Sequence record: MK962751
DNA: 51,854 bases
Source of the DNA: Shigella phage JK16
Strand: one strand, 5' to 3'
Below, in pieces: positions 35,063-45,483 of the stretch (the first letter of the stretch is position 1; every line of letters begins with the position of its first letter). The notes beneath the pieces were generated by a model. The model had not been told where the DNA came from. It ran no database searches and saw only the letters and a program-made list of their open reading frames with translations. The position numbers were made by a program, and so were the translations under genes.

Positions 35063-35380
35063 ATGGCAAAGATGAAACTAACGTTAGGCCCACTGCCTGA
35101 TTTTAAGCTGCCTGTTTCTTTCGTGCTTCCAAATGGTGATGAGCAAGTTATTATTTTTACCGTGCGCCACAAGAAGGCAAGCGAAATTCACGAACGATAC
35201 ACGGCAGAAAAGCCGATGAGCGACGTAGAAATGATCACCTTCCTTGCTTCCGGTTGGGATCTGGAAGATGAATTTAACGAGGAAAACGTTGCTAAATTGC
35301 TGGATTATTACCCGTCTGCGTCATTATCGCTGACTGGTCATTATATGAAAGCGCTTGCGGGGCAGCGGGTAAAAAACTAA
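35063..35380 (+). CDS. tail assembly chaperone G
   Basis: 105 aa, immediately upstream of tape measure; ends at slippery site. Confidence 0.65.
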   Translation: MAKMKLTLGPLPDFKLPVSFVLPNGDEQVIIFTVRHKKASEIHERYTAEKPMSDVEMITFLASGWDLEDEFNEENVAKLLDYYPSASLSLTGHYMKALAGQRVKN

Positions 35381-35697
35381 AGCGGGCGGTTTACCTGTTT
35401 TACCTCAAGCCGCCAACTGACGCACAATTAGAGGCCGTCGGCCTATCCCGTTCAGACTACGAAGGGGAGGAGCCGCCGGAGGTAATTTTTGATGAATCAA
35501 TGTTTCAATCTTGGGATCTGTTTTGCGCTATGCAGACGCAATGGAGATCGACTAGCGGCAGTGTGTATGGGTTCGACTATAACGTTTTGCCTATGCTTTT
35601 TGACATTTACAAGATTGAGGATCGGGAGATGGCGCTAAATGATTTGCGCATCATGGAACAAAAGGCGCTAGAAATGATTCATTCAAACAAAACATAA
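35063..35697 (+). CDS. tail assembly chaperone GT, made by -1 frameshift at 35371-35377
   Basis: Slippery heptamer A_AAA_AAC immediately before G stop; -1 frame open from 35296 through 35697. Confidence 0.55.
35371..35377 (+). other. programmed -1 ribosomal frameshift slippery site (AAAAAAC)
   Basis: X_XXY_YYZ heptamer in G frame just before TAA. Confidence 0.6.
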
Positions 35698-35718
35698 GCG
35701 CCGCGAGGCGCTTTTTTA
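35696..35718 (+). terminator. rho-independent terminator or attenuator after GT
   Basis: Stem AAGCGCC/GGCGCTT followed by T6. Confidence 0.55.
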
Positions 35719-35736
35719 ATATCTGGAGGTTTTAAA

Positions 35737-38418
35737 ATGGCTGAAAAATACGCTGGCCTAACGCTAGGCGTTGACGTGTCGCAGGTCAACAATGCTGTTA
35801 AATCATTGCAGCAATTCAAGAAGGCAAACGACGACGCAAAAAAAAGCGTTAATGAATTTGTTGATTCTGAGGTTGTGGCCCGACAGCAAGCAAAACAGCT
35901 TGCCGAAGAACTGGCGCGCCAGAAAGCAGAATTTAAGAAAATCCAGGAGTCAATTGATCCCACTGCATCAAAGATTGATAAGCTGCGAAAGGCAGCGACA
36001 CAGCTTGATGCGCTATGGAAAAAGGGCGTTGTTCCTGATCAGACTTTTTTTGAGCTTGGGGCAATTCTTGAGACGCAGCAAAACAAGCTGATCGCAACCA
36101 AAAAAGCGATGACAGAGGAAGGCCGCGCGGCGCTTGAGGAATCAAAGAACAAGGCGCGTGCAGCGGAAGAGGCTAAAAAATTCGTCCAGGCTTTGCGTGA
36201 GCAGGAAGAAGCAGCAGGAAAAAGCAAGTCTGAATTGCTGGAAATGAAAGCGGCACAGCTTGGAGTTAGCCAGGAGGCAGCACCTTACATCGCAAGGCTG
36301 AAAGAGCAGGAAAAGCAGATCCAGAAACTTGGGATTTCTACAGGCCAATACAAACAAGCAATGGCGCAATTGCCAATGCAGATCACAGACGTGGTGACTT
36401 CACTTGCTTCTGGTATGCCAGTTTGGTTGGTCGCAGTCCAGCAGGGTGGACAGATCAAGGATTCTTTTGGTGGTGCATCCAATGCTTTAAAAGCGTTGCT
36501 ATCTTTCCTGAATCCGGTAAACGTGGCGTTTGGCTTGCTTTCCGGCACGCTGGCAATTGCTGCATATAATGCCTACAAAGCACAGACAGAGCTTGAGGCA
36601 ATTAAAAAAACCGTTCAGGAAACAACTGGCTTGAGTGGTGAGTTTGCCGAAAAGATTGCTATAGGAATCAAGGAGCTTTCCGACAAGACAGGCGAAAGCG
36701 CCGAAGATCTGGCAAATGCTTACATCACCACGAAAGACGGCGCGAGCGAGGCGATTAAAAAACTGGTTGACGTTGGCATGACTTATGATGACGCAAAAAA
36801 GAAAGTCAACGAGTACAAGGGCGCGTCTAGCTTTGTCAGCTTGAATAACGAAATTGCAAACCACAAAAACAAAGTCCTTGAGTTGGGCGATTCGTGGTAT
36901 GAGGTTTTGAAAGCGAAGCGTGATTACGCTTCCCCGTCCGGCGGCCTGTTAGGTAAGGAGCTTGGCTATGTTAACCCTATGCTTAAGTTTGCACTTAACA
37001 CTTATGAAGACATTGGAAAGGTCGTAAAAGATGCGAATAAGGACATGGCGGAACGAGCGGAGCGAATCGACAAAGAAAACCTGGCCTTAAACAGAGTGCG
37101 CGCAGCACAGGAGGCTTTAAACAAAGCCATTGAGGATCAGAAAAATGTGGCGCGTTCGGCTGATGAAGAACTGAAAAAGCGCGCGGCTGAAAACGTGGAG
37201 TTTAGGCGCAAAGAGCTTGAGGAAATCAAGAAGCAGGAGCAGAAAAAGAAAGAGGCTAAAGGGGGAATAGTTCGCGGCCCTACTGAGCAGCTTGATAAAG
37301 AGTTGTACGTTTTAAAGGCGCAACTGGAAACTCTTAAAGAGCATCGCACTGTTAACGATGTTATTTCTCGCCAGCGTAAATCTTTATGGAGCATCGAAAA
37401 GCAGATCGAGATCCTGGAGAATGCGCAGAGCAAGCGTAAATTGACCGGAGCGGAACAGGCGCTACTAAACGAGCAAAAGGCCGTTCTTGAAATGGCAAGA
37501 CAAAAAGCTGAGCTAGGGGATCAGATTGTTTTGCAGGAGCGCAAAAACAAGCTGGAGCAAGATAGTCTTAAGTTTATCCGTGAAACTGAGGCTGCTATTG
37601 ATGCGATTGGCCTTAAGCAACTTGGCTACACTGAAAAGCAGATCGAGCGTGAGCTAGAGTTACGCAAGCTGCGCACCGACTACGAGGCGCAAGGCGGAAG
37701 CGTTAGCGACGAAGTTTTTCAGCAAATGGAGACGAAACTTAAGCTGTATTACCAGGCACAAGACGAGGCGCAAGGCAACTGGTTAGCCGGAGCAAAGAAC
37801 GCATGGGAGCTATTCGCGGAAGATGCAAACAATGCCTATGGCAATGTTCAGCAGATCGCAAGCGAGGCGTTAAACGGCCTTACAAACCAATTAGCGAATT
37901 TTATCGCTACTGGCAAGGCAAACTTTAAAGACTTCTCGACGGCTATCATCAAAATGATTATTCAGATGATCACGAAAATGGTCGTCTTTAATGCGTTATC
38001 TGGCCTGATGGGTGGTCAAACCTGGACGATGGGGAGCTTGCTTAAGAATATTGGCGGATTTGCTGGCGGTGGATACACTGGCGACGGCGGGAAGTATGAG
38101 CCAGCCGGAATTGTCCATAAAGGTGAATTTGTCATGACGAAGGAGGCGACGCAGCGTATTGGGGTAGGAAACTTGTACCGCATGATGCGAGGCTATGCTA
38201 ACGGCGGCGTTGTTGGTAGTTCCGGCTATACTGGCGGTGGCGCTGTAACTGGTGGAGCACCTCAATTTAACATCGGCGGGATTGATGTTAGCATCACTAA
38301 CGGAAACGATCCGAAGGGCATCGAAACTGGTGTTAAGATGATCTTTACTGATATGATTAAACGTTCCTGTATGCAGGGCGGCGAGGTTTACGAATTTGTT
38401 ATGAGCAAGCGAGGTTGA
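35737..38418 (+). CDS. tail tape measure protein
   Basis: 893 aa, long coiled-coil, Gly-rich C-terminal segment; position. Confidence 0.85.
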   Translation: MAEKYAGLTLGVDVSQVNNAVKSLQQFKKANDDAKKSVNEFVDSEVVARQQAKQLAEELARQKAEFKKIQESIDPTASKIDKLRKAATQLDALWKKGVVPDQTFFELGAILETQQNKLIATKKAMTEEGRAALEESKNKARAAEEAKKFVQALREQEEAAGKSKSELLEMKAAQLGVSQEAAPYIARLKEQEKQIQKLGISTGQYKQAMAQLPMQITDVVTSLASGMPVWLVAVQQGGQIKDSFGGASNALKALLSFLNPVNVAFGLLSGTLAIAAYNAYKAQTELEAIKKTVQETTGLSGEFAEKIAIGIKELSDKTGESAEDLANAYITTKDGASEAIKKLVDVGMTYDDAKKKVNEYKGASSFVSLNNEIANHKNKVLELGDSWYEVLKAKRDYASPSGGLLGKELGYVNPMLKFALNTYEDIGKVVKDANKDMAERAERIDKENLALNRVRAAQEALNKAIEDQKNVARSADEELKKRAAENVEFRRKELEEIKKQEQKKKEAKGGIVRGPTEQLDKELYVLKAQLETLKEHRTVNDVISRQRKSLWSIEKQIEILENAQSKRKLTGAEQALLNEQKAVLEMARQKAELGDQIVLQERKNKLEQDSLKFIRETEAAIDAIGLKQLGYTEKQIERELELRKLRTDYEAQGGSVSDEVFQQMETKLKLYYQAQDEAQGNWLAGAKNAWELFAEDANNAYGNVQQIASEALNGLTNQLANFIATGKANFKDFSTAIIKMIIQMITKMVVFNALSGLMGGQTWTMGSLLKNIGGFAGGGYTGDGGKYEPAGIVHKGEFVMTKEATQRIGVGNLYRMMRGYANGGVVGSSGYTGGGAVTGGAPQFNIGGIDVSITNGNDPKGIETGVKMIFTDMIKRSCMQGGEVYEFVMSKRG

Positions 38419-38420
38419 TA

Positions 38421-38771
38421 ATGAAGTTGGATCAGTTTAAGTGGTGTACGCAGGTTCAGAACGGCGGCGGGTCCATGACGTCATCAAATAACGATCGAGA
38501 GATTGCATTCGGTAACGGATACACTCAGGTAGCATCTGGAGGTTTTAACACAATCCGGCGAGAGTTTAGCATTGTTTACGCTGGGCTTGATTACAGAGAT
38601 GTTGTCAAGTTCCTGAATGAGCACAGGCTAAAACCTTTCTTGTGGATCATGCCAGATGGAAGCCCTGGATTGTTTAGGGTTAAAAGCGGTAGCGTCGGGC
38701 TTACCCCATTGTCGCCAACCGTTCAGGAAGTAAAAGCCACTTTTACGGAACAATTTACATCAATGCAGTAA
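38421..38771 (+). CDS. minor tail protein M (lambda gpM-like)
   Basis: Position after tape measure; size; GAGG RBS. Confidence 0.65.
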   Translation: MKLDQFKWCTQVQNGGGSMTSSNNDREIAFGNGYTQVASGGFNTIRREFSIVYAGLDYRDVVKFLNEHRLKPFLWIMPDGSPGLFRVKSGSVGLTPLSPTVQEVKATFTEQFTSMQ

Positions 38772-38776
38772 TTTTA

Positions 38777-38801
38777 AAGCCGCCTTTGTGCGGCTTTTTT
38801 C
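38777..38801 (+). terminator. rho-independent terminator or attenuator
   Basis: Stem AAGCCGC/GCGGCTT followed by T6. Confidence 0.55.
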
Positions 38802-38834
38802 TTGATGTTACAATGAGCAAAAAGGAGGTAGAAA

Positions 38835-39596
38835 ATGGCTAATAAAGAATCAGGTAGAGTTGAATTTGAGAACTGCCTACAAAGTTTGTACCCAGGCGAA
38901 ATTATAACGCTTGTAGAGATTGACGGGACGAAGTTCGGAGCAAATATTTACCGATTTCACAATGAGAACATCTCTTATACTGCCGAGGAATTAATGCAAG
39001 CGCAGCAAACCGGAATCTTGCCGCCGAAAGATATTATTTTTCAGGGTGATGTTTACGGAGCGCGGCCTTTCGGTGTGAGCGGGATTAACTTCACAAGTAA
39101 CGGCAGGGCAGATAAGCCTCAGCTTATAGTGTCAAACCTTGACAGCAGGGTGAGCGCCATGATCAGAAATTACAATGGCATGATGCAAGCAAAGGTGACT
39201 TTCTGGATAACGGCAAAGGAATTTATCGGAGAAGGCGGAGCAATCAAAGATGGCGCTTACAGAAAATTGGTTTATTACATTGAGCGCCCAAGCCAGTACA
39301 ATAGAGAGATAGCGAAATTTGATCTAACATCGCCTTACGATATGGATGGATTAATGATCCCGCCGCGCATCACTCAAAGCGTCTGCTATTGGGCGCAAAG
39401 GGGGTGGTACAGGAGCGGAAAGGGTTGCTCTTATAACGGATCGGCAATGTTCGATAAAGACAATAAGCCAGTAACAGATCCATCACAAGACTATTGCGCC
39501 GGAACTGTAACGGCTTGCAAATTGAGGTTCGGTCAGCAAAACGAGTTGGATTTCGGCGGTTGCGCGGTGGCGTCACTGCTACGGAGGAATCAATAA
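38835..39596 (+). CDS. minor tail protein L (lambda gpL-like)
   Basis: C-terminal Cys cluster (CYWAQ...GKGCSYNG...YCAGTVTACK); position. Confidence 0.7.
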   Translation: MANKESGRVEFENCLQSLYPGEIITLVEIDGTKFGANIYRFHNENISYTAEELMQAQQTGILPPKDIIFQGDVYGARPFGVSGINFTSNGRADKPQLIVSNLDSRVSAMIRNYNGMMQAKVTFWITAKEFIGEGGAIKDGAYRKLVYYIERPSQYNREIAKFDLTSPYDMDGLMIPPRITQSVCYWAQRGWYRSGKGCSYNGSAMFDKDNKPVTDPSQDYCAGTVTACKLRFGQQNELDFGGCAVASLLRRNQ

Positions 39597-40327
39597 TGAT
39601 TAGTGCAAAAATTAAACTTGAAATAATGCAGCACGTTAAAGAGGAATACCCTAAAGAGGCTTGCGGCGTCATAACTCAAAAGTCACGGGTACAGAAATAT
39701 CACCGCATAACCAACGTGCATGACGATCCAGAAAATCACTTTGAAATGGACGCCGTAGAATACGCTGAATCGCTCGACAAAGGCGAATTAATCGCGGTGG
39801 TGCATTCCCATTGCGGGGATGGTGCTAGCACGATACCGAGCGCGCACGACTCATGTATGTGCGATGAAATGGGTGTATCGTGGATTATAGTTTCATGGCC
39901 CGAAGGTGATATGAGAATTGTCGAGCCGCAGGAGAGGCCGCTTATCGGTCGCCCGTGGTCGCTGGGGTCGTTCGATTGCTGGGGTCTTATCATGGCATGG
40001 CATAAACAGCACGGAGTAGTATTGAATGACTTCCGAAAGCCTTACGAGTGGTGGAAGTCAGAATATGGTGAAAATCTTTACCAGGATAATTATTTGAAAG
40101 AGGGATTTGTTGAAACTAACGAGCCTCCAAAACCTGGTGATATGGTGATTATGCAACTATCATCACCAGTCTGGAATCATGCGGGAATTTATTTGGGTAA
40201 CAACCAGCTATTACATCATGCGTTTGGAAAGCTATCTCGCATCGACTTGTATTCTGGATGGTATCAGGAGCACACTGTAAAAATTTGCCGACATAAGGAT
40301 CTGAAATATGACATTGAAAGTAATTAA
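39596..40327 (+). CDS. tail assembly protein K (JAB/MPN plus NlpC/P60 domains)
   Basis: JAMM-like HSHCGDGASTIPSAHD and NlpC/P60 Cys-His pattern (FDCWGL...H...H). Confidence 0.75.
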   Translation: MISAKIKLEIMQHVKEEYPKEACGVITQKSRVQKYHRITNVHDDPENHFEMDAVEYAESLDKGELIAVVHSHCGDGASTIPSAHDSCMCDEMGVSWIIVSWPEGDMRIVEPQERPLIGRPWSLGSFDCWGLIMAWHKQHGVVLNDFRKPYEWWKSEYGENLYQDNYLKEGFVETNEPPKPGDMVIMQLSSPVWNHAGIYLGNNQLLHHAFGKLSRIDLYSGWYQEHTVKICRHKDLKYDIESN

Positions 40328-40904
40328 ACTATCCGGTTCCCTGGGGCGTAGATTTGGCGTCTTTCACAAAATGGCGGTTGACTCATACCCCGAAGCAATA
40401 CGCGCGTTATCTTCCCAGGTTGAAGGGTTCAAGGACTACATGCAAAGCGAAGTAGGATCGCGAATGAAGTATGCTGTATTCGTTGATGGAAAAAACGTTG
40501 GTCAGCATGATGAAAAATCATGGAAGTGCGCGCGAGAGGTTCGAATAGTTCCTGTTCCAACTGGTTCTAAGTCCGGCGGCCTGTTCAATGTTGTTTTTGG
40601 TGCTGTAATTATGGCTACTGCGTTCATTACTGGCGGTGCAAGCCTGGCGGCTATGGGCGCTTTTGCATCTTCCGCATTTATGATGGGTGGGGCTATCGCG
40701 TTGGGCGGTGTAATGCAAATGATCTCACCGCAGCAGGGAGGAATGAAACTGCAAAGCCAATCATCGGAAAACAAGCCTTCTTACGCTTTCGGCGGTGCTG
40801 TAAATACCACGGCGGCAGGTTATCCGGTTCCTTTGCCATATGGATATAGGACAGTAGGCGGCGCAATCTGGTCGGCTGGCAGCTACGCAGAAGATAAAGC
40901 ATAA
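40308..40904 (+). CDS. tail assembly protein I (lambda gpI-like)
   Basis: Gly/Ala-rich hydrophobic C-terminal half; position between K and J. Confidence 0.65.
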   Translation: MTLKVIKLSGSLGRRFGVFHKMAVDSYPEAIRALSSQVEGFKDYMQSEVGSRMKYAVFVDGKNVGQHDEKSWKCAREVRIVPVPTGSKSGGLFNVVFGAVIMATAFITGGASLAAMGAFASSAFMMGGAIALGGVMQMISPQQGGMKLQSQSSENKPSYAFGGAVNTTAAGYPVPLPYGYRTVGGAIWSAGSYAEDKA

Positions 40905-40908
40905 AAAA

Positions 40909-40934
40909 ATACCCGCCTTGCGCGGGTTTTTTTG
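40909..40934 (+). terminator. rho-independent terminator or attenuator before J
   Basis: Stem ACCCGC/GCGGGT followed by T7. Confidence 0.55.
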
Positions 40935-40982
40935 TGCATTTATAATGTGCAAACCAAGAAACAGCACAAAAGGTTAAAAGTC

Positions 40983-43900
40983 ATGGCTAAATATATGATA
41001 AGCGGCAGTAAGGGCGGAAGCAAAAAGCCATACGTGCCAAAAGAGATGGAAGATAACCTGATCTCGATAAACAAGATTAAAGTTTTGCTGGCTGTATCTG
41101 ATGGCGAGTGCGATCCAGATTTCACGTTGCGCGATCTTTATCTTGATGATGTTCCGGTTATTGCCAGCGATGGCACTGTTAACTACGAGGGAGTTACGGC
41201 TGAATATCGACCAGGTACGCAGACGCAAGATTACATCCAGGGTTTTACTGACACATCAAGTGAGGTGACAGTTGCAAGAGATATTACCGGAGACAATCCT
41301 TATGTTATTTCTGTTACAAATAAAAATCTATCTGCGGTAAGAATAAAGATCCTGATGCCAGTAGGCATTAAAACAGAGGATAACGGCGATCTTGTTGGCG
41401 TAAGGGTTGAGTATGCCGTAGATATGGCTGTTGATGGCGGTTCTTATAGCGAGGTTATGAGAGATGTAATTGACGGCAAGACAAGATCAGGATACGACCG
41501 CAGCAGAAGGATTGATCTTCCTAAGTTTGATGAGCGCGTTTTAATCCGAGTAAAGCGACTGACTCCAGACAGCACATCTTCAAAGGTGACTGATAAAATC
41601 AAGCTGCAAAGTTACGCTGAGGTTGTTGATGCAAAATTCCGCTATCCTCTGACTGGACTTGTATTCGTAGAATTTGACAGCGAATTGTTTCCTACGCAAA
41701 TCCCTAACATTTCTATAAAAAAGAAATGGAAGATTATTAATGTGCCAAGCAACTATGATCCAATATCAAGAGAATATCACGGGTCATGGGATGGGACTTT
41801 TAAAAAAGCGTGGTCAAATAATCCTGCTTGGGTTCTTTATGATCTGGTGACAAATCAGCGTTATGGACTTGATCAGCGAGAGTTAGGAATACAGATCGAC
41901 AAGTGGAGCTTATACGAAGCGGGCGTTTACTGCGATCAGAAAGTTCCAGACGGTAAAGGCGGCACTGAGCCTCGCTACCTATGCGATGTGGTGATTCAGA
42001 ATCAAGTTGAGGCTTATCAGCTAATCCGTGACATTTGCTCAATCTTTCGCGGAATGAGTTTTTGGAATGGTGAGAGCTTATCAATCGTGATTGATAAGCC
42101 GCGCGATCCATCATACGTGTTTACTAATGAAAACGTCATCAACGGTGATTTTCAGTACACAAACGCAAGCGAAAAAAGCATGTACACGCAGTGTAACGTG
42201 ACGTTTGACGACGAACAAAACATGTATCAGCAGGACGTAGAGGGGGTTTTTGATACTGAGGCTGCATTACGATTTGGATACAATCCAACAAGCATTACAG
42301 CGATCGGTTGTACACGCAGGAGCGAAGCGAATCGTCGCGGTCGGTGGGTTTTGAAAACAAACCTTAGAAGCACTACTGTAAACTTTGCTACCGGACTAGA
42401 GGGGATGATTCCATCAATAGGTGATGTGATTGCTATCGCTGATAATTTTCAGAGCAGCAACCTAACGTTAAACCTATCGGGCCGAGTGATGGAAGTTTCA
42501 GGATTGCAGGTTTTCGTTCCGTTTAAGGTTGATGCTCGTCCTGGTGATTTTATTATCATCAACAAGCCGGACGGAAAGCCAGTTAAGCGCACGATCTCAA
42601 AGGTTAGCGCAGACGGAAAAACCATTGAGTTAAATATTGGATTTGGTTTTGATGTTAAGCCTGATACTGTTTTTGCGATTGACCGTACTGACCTTGCGTT
42701 GCAGCAATACGTTGTGACAACTATCAGCAAGGGTGATGACGAAAACGAGTTTACCTATTCAATCACTGCTGTAGAGTACGATCCGAACAAATACGACGAG
42801 ATTGATTATGGAGTAAACATTGATGACAGACCGACTTCAATTGTTCAGCCTGACGTGATGGCAGCGCCTGAGAACGTTAAGATCTCATCTTATTCTCGCG
42901 TCGTGCAGGGTGTTAGCGTTGAGACTATGGTTGTTTCATGGGATAAGGTTCCTTACGCATCGCTTTATGAAATGCAGTGGCGAAAAGGTGATGGTAACTG
43001 GCTGAATACGCCGCAGACCGCTAACAAAGAGATAGAGGTAGAAGGGATTTACTCTGGCAACTACCAAGTAAGGGTGAGATCCGTTTCTGCAAGCGGTAAC
43101 GCTTCCCCGTGGTCAAAGATTGCAACCGCCACTCTGACAGGTAAAGTTGGAGAGCCAGGAGCGCCGATTAATCTTACGGCTTCTGATAATGAAGTTTTTG
43201 GCATTCGTGTCAAATGGGGTATGCCGGAAGGATCAGGCGATACGGCTTACATTGAGCTTCACCAATCGCCAGACGGAACGGTTGAAAACTCAAGTCTGCT
43301 TACGCTGATTCCATATCCTCAATATGAGTATTGGCATAGCACGTTACCAGCGGGGCAAGTTGTATGGTATAGAATCCGCAGCGTTGACAGAATAGGCAAC
43401 GTTTCAAGCTGGACTGACTTTGTTCGCGGCATGGCGTCAGATGACGTTGAATCTGTTTTGGGCGACATTCTGGACAAGATTTTTGATACAGAAGCTGGTC
43501 AAGAAATCAAAGAGAACGCCATAGACAGTGCCAATAAAATCAAAGACCAGGCGCAATCAATCATACAGAACGCGTTGGCAAATGATGCAGATGTGAAGTG
43601 GACGCGAGTGCAAAACGGAAAGCGCAAGGCTGAATATGGTCATGCTCTTGAGCTTATCGCCAATGAAACAGAAGCGCGCGTAACTCAAATCGAAGAATTA
43701 AGGGCATCAATTGATGGCGAGATAACATCAAGCATCAAGACAGTGCAGGAGGCAATTGCCACTGAATCAGAGACGCGAGCGACTCAAATTCAGCAGCTTG
43801 ATTCTAAATTCACAAAAGAAATCGACGGCGTGCGCAAGGATACTTCTGCAAGCATTAGCGATGTAAGGCAGACAATCACTAACGAGTCAGAAGCGCGCGC

Positions 43901-44561
43901 TCAGGCCGTTCAGCAGCTTGACGCTAAGTTCACGAAAGAGATAAACGACCTTGACGGAGTTATCAAAACAGAAGTCGAGGCTAACATCTCAGAAGTGAAA
44001 CAGGCGATCGCCAATGAGACAGAGGCAAGGGTTCAGGCTGACCAGGCATTAACAGCACGATTTGGCGACGTTGAATCTGCATTGGTTGAAAAGTTGGATT
44101 CTTGGGCGAGCGTTGATTCAGTTGGGGCTAAATACGCTATGAAACTTGGCCTTACTTACAAAGGCCAGCAATACAGCGCAGGAATGGTGATGCAGCTTTC
44201 GCAGGGTTCATCCGGCCTTATCTCGCAAATTTTGTTTGATGCTAACAGGTTCGCCATTATGACTAGCTCTACTGGAGGGACTTTTACTTTGCCTTTCGTG
44301 GTTGAGAATAATCAGGTTTTCATTAATAGTCTTTTGGTGAAGAACGGTTCAATCACTAATGCGATGATTGGTAATGTGATTCAGTCAAACAACTTTGTTC
44401 AAAACCAGCAAGGATGGAGGCTTGATAAAAACGGAATCTTTGAGAATTACGGATCAACGCCAGGAGAAGGAGCTACTAAATTCACCAATGAGGGATTGAA
44501 GGTAAAAGATGCAAACGGAGTATTGAGGGTTGAAGTCGGAAGGATTACCGGAAGCTGGTAA
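40983..44561 (+). CDS. central tail fibre / host specificity protein J
   Basis: 1192 aa; two fibronectin-III-like segments; C-terminal tandem repeats; position after I. Confidence 0.85.
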   Translation: MAKYMISGSKGGSKKPYVPKEMEDNLISINKIKVLLAVSDGECDPDFTLRDLYLDDVPVIASDGTVNYEGVTAEYRPGTQTQDYIQGFTDTSSEVTVARDITGDNPYVISVTNKNLSAVRIKILMPVGIKTEDNGDLVGVRVEYAVDMAVDGGSYSEVMRDVIDGKTRSGYDRSRRIDLPKFDERVLIRVKRLTPDSTSSKVTDKIKLQSYAEVVDAKFRYPLTGLVFVEFDSELFPTQIPNISIKKKWKIINVPSNYDPISREYHGSWDGTFKKAWSNNPAWVLYDLVTNQRYGLDQRELGIQIDKWSLYEAGVYCDQKVPDGKGGTEPRYLCDVVIQNQVEAYQLIRDICSIFRGMSFWNGESLSIVIDKPRDPSYVFTNENVINGDFQYTNASEKSMYTQCNVTFDDEQNMYQQDVEGVFDTEAALRFGYNPTSITAIGCTRRSEANRRGRWVLKTNLRSTTVNFATGLEGMIPSIGDVIAIADNFQSSNLTLNLSGRVMEVSGLQVFVPFKVDARPGDFIIINKPDGKPVKRTISKVSADGKTIELNIGFGFDVKPDTVFAIDRTDLALQQYVVTTISKGDDENEFTYSITAVEYDPNKYDEIDYGVNIDDRPTSIVQPDVMAAPENVKISSYSRVVQGVSVETMVVSWDKVPYASLYEMQWRKGDGNWLNTPQTANKEIEVEGIYSGNYQVRVRSVSASGNASPWSKIATATLTGKVGEPGAPINLTASDNEVFGIRVKWGMPEGSGDTAYIELHQSPDGTVENSSLLTLIPYPQYEYWHSTLPAGQVVWYRIRSVDRIGNVSSWTDFVRGMASDDVESVLGDILDKIFDTEAGQEIKENAIDSANKIKDQAQSIIQNALANDADVKWTRVQNGKRKAEYGHALELIANETEARVTQIEELRASIDGEITSSIKTVQEAIATESETRATQIQQLDSKFTKEIDGVRKDTSASISDVRQTITNESEARAQAVQQLDAKFTKEINDLDGVIKTEVEANISEVKQAIANETEARVQADQALTARFGDVESALVEKLDSWASVDSVGAKYAMKLGLTYKGQQYSAGMVMQLSQGSSGLISQILFDANRFAIMTSSTGGTFTLPFVVENNQVFINSLLVKNGSITNAMIGNVIQSNNFVQNQQGWRLDKNGIFENYGSTPGEGATKFTNEGLKVKDANGVLRVEVGRITGSW
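43650..44060 (+). repeat. in-frame tandem repeats within J C-terminal region
   Basis: Repeated peptide ...ESE(A/T)RA.Q.QQLD(A/S)KFTKEI... about 40 residues apart. Confidence 0.6.
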
Positions 44562-44562
44562 A

Positions 44563-44590
44563 AAAGGGGGCATAGCCCCCTTTAATTTTA
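44563..44590. terminator. bidirectional rho-independent terminator between J (plus) and minus-strand genes
   Basis: Stem AAGGGGG/CCCCCTT flanked by A-run and T-run. Confidence 0.7.
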
Positions 44591-45202
44591 ATCATAGTGT
44601 GATGCATTTATAACCAAAACAGATGAAGCGGTGTAAATACCAACAGGTCCAGGAGTTTGTGCAACCTGCCTAGAAAAAGAGTAGATCCCGTTACCATACG
44701 CGGCAGCTTGAGACTCAAAAATCATGAATCCACCTAAAGCCGGATTAGGAACAGAGTTTAATGCTGTCAGTGATGGCATTATGGCGCAAGGATAGCCCAT
44801 GTTAACATCAAATGCGATCCCGCTTACGCCTACTTGCTTTGCATCTAGCGGCCTCATTTTTCCATGATAAACCATTTCACCATGAGCATTATAAAACGCT
44901 ATGCCGTGACTACCTGGGGGAGTCACCATATTACTAAAAGCATAAACAATAACCTCACCCTGATTATCAGATCTATCAAGTCTTATTGCGTGCCTTCCAC
45001 CATTGTTAAATTGCGTGAATGATATGTATGATTTAGCGGTCAATCTAACAAAGAAAAAACATACCCTATCAACAGGAATTGACGAAGTAAAAACGGTTCC
45101 GGTATTAGCAGATATTACGGCCCGATCAATTAGATTAACTGGAGTGAAATCTGGACTTAACCATAACGATCCGTCTGATTTTTTTATACTCATCCCGTAC
45201 AT
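44588..45202 (-). CDS. hypothetical protein
   Basis: 204 aa; GGGGTG RBS. Confidence 0.4.
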   Translation of the reverse strand: MYGMSIKKSDGSLWLSPDFTPVNLIDRAVISANTGTVFTSSIPVDRVCFFFVRLTAKSYISFTQFNNGGRHAIRLDRSDNQGEVIVYAFSNMVTPPGSHGIAFYNAHGEMVYHGKMRPLDAKQVGVSGIAFDVNMGYPCAIMPSLTALNSVPNPALGGFMIFESQAAAYGNGIYSFSRQVAQTPGPVGIYTASSVLVINASHYD

Positions 45203-45204
45203 TA

Positions 45205-45483
45205 TCACCCCCAAAAAGTATATATATATCTTGAATCAGATCCAGAAAGCCCACTCCATGTAACGGTGTCGCCACTTACCCCTAAGTTTGGTGCGCCAGG
45301 GTCGCCACCACGCCAGGAATTCATGCCAACATATATTGCTTTCAATGATTTACCTGGCGGCCTGTTTTGGTAAGTCTTGCTACCTGATGGCTGAGTGAAT
45401 TTATCAAGGAAGAAAACAGGCGTTAAAAGACCTGTAACTTCCCTTCCTCGATCGTCATATATTGCATAACCATATTGCGCCAT
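45205..45483 (-). CDS. hypothetical protein
   Basis: 92 aa ORF. Confidence 0.4.
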   Translation of the reverse strand: MAQYGYAIYDDRGREVTGLLTPVFFLDKFTQPSGSKTYQNRPPGKSLKAIYVGMNSWRGGDPGAPNLGVSGDTVTWSGLSGSDSRYIYTFWG

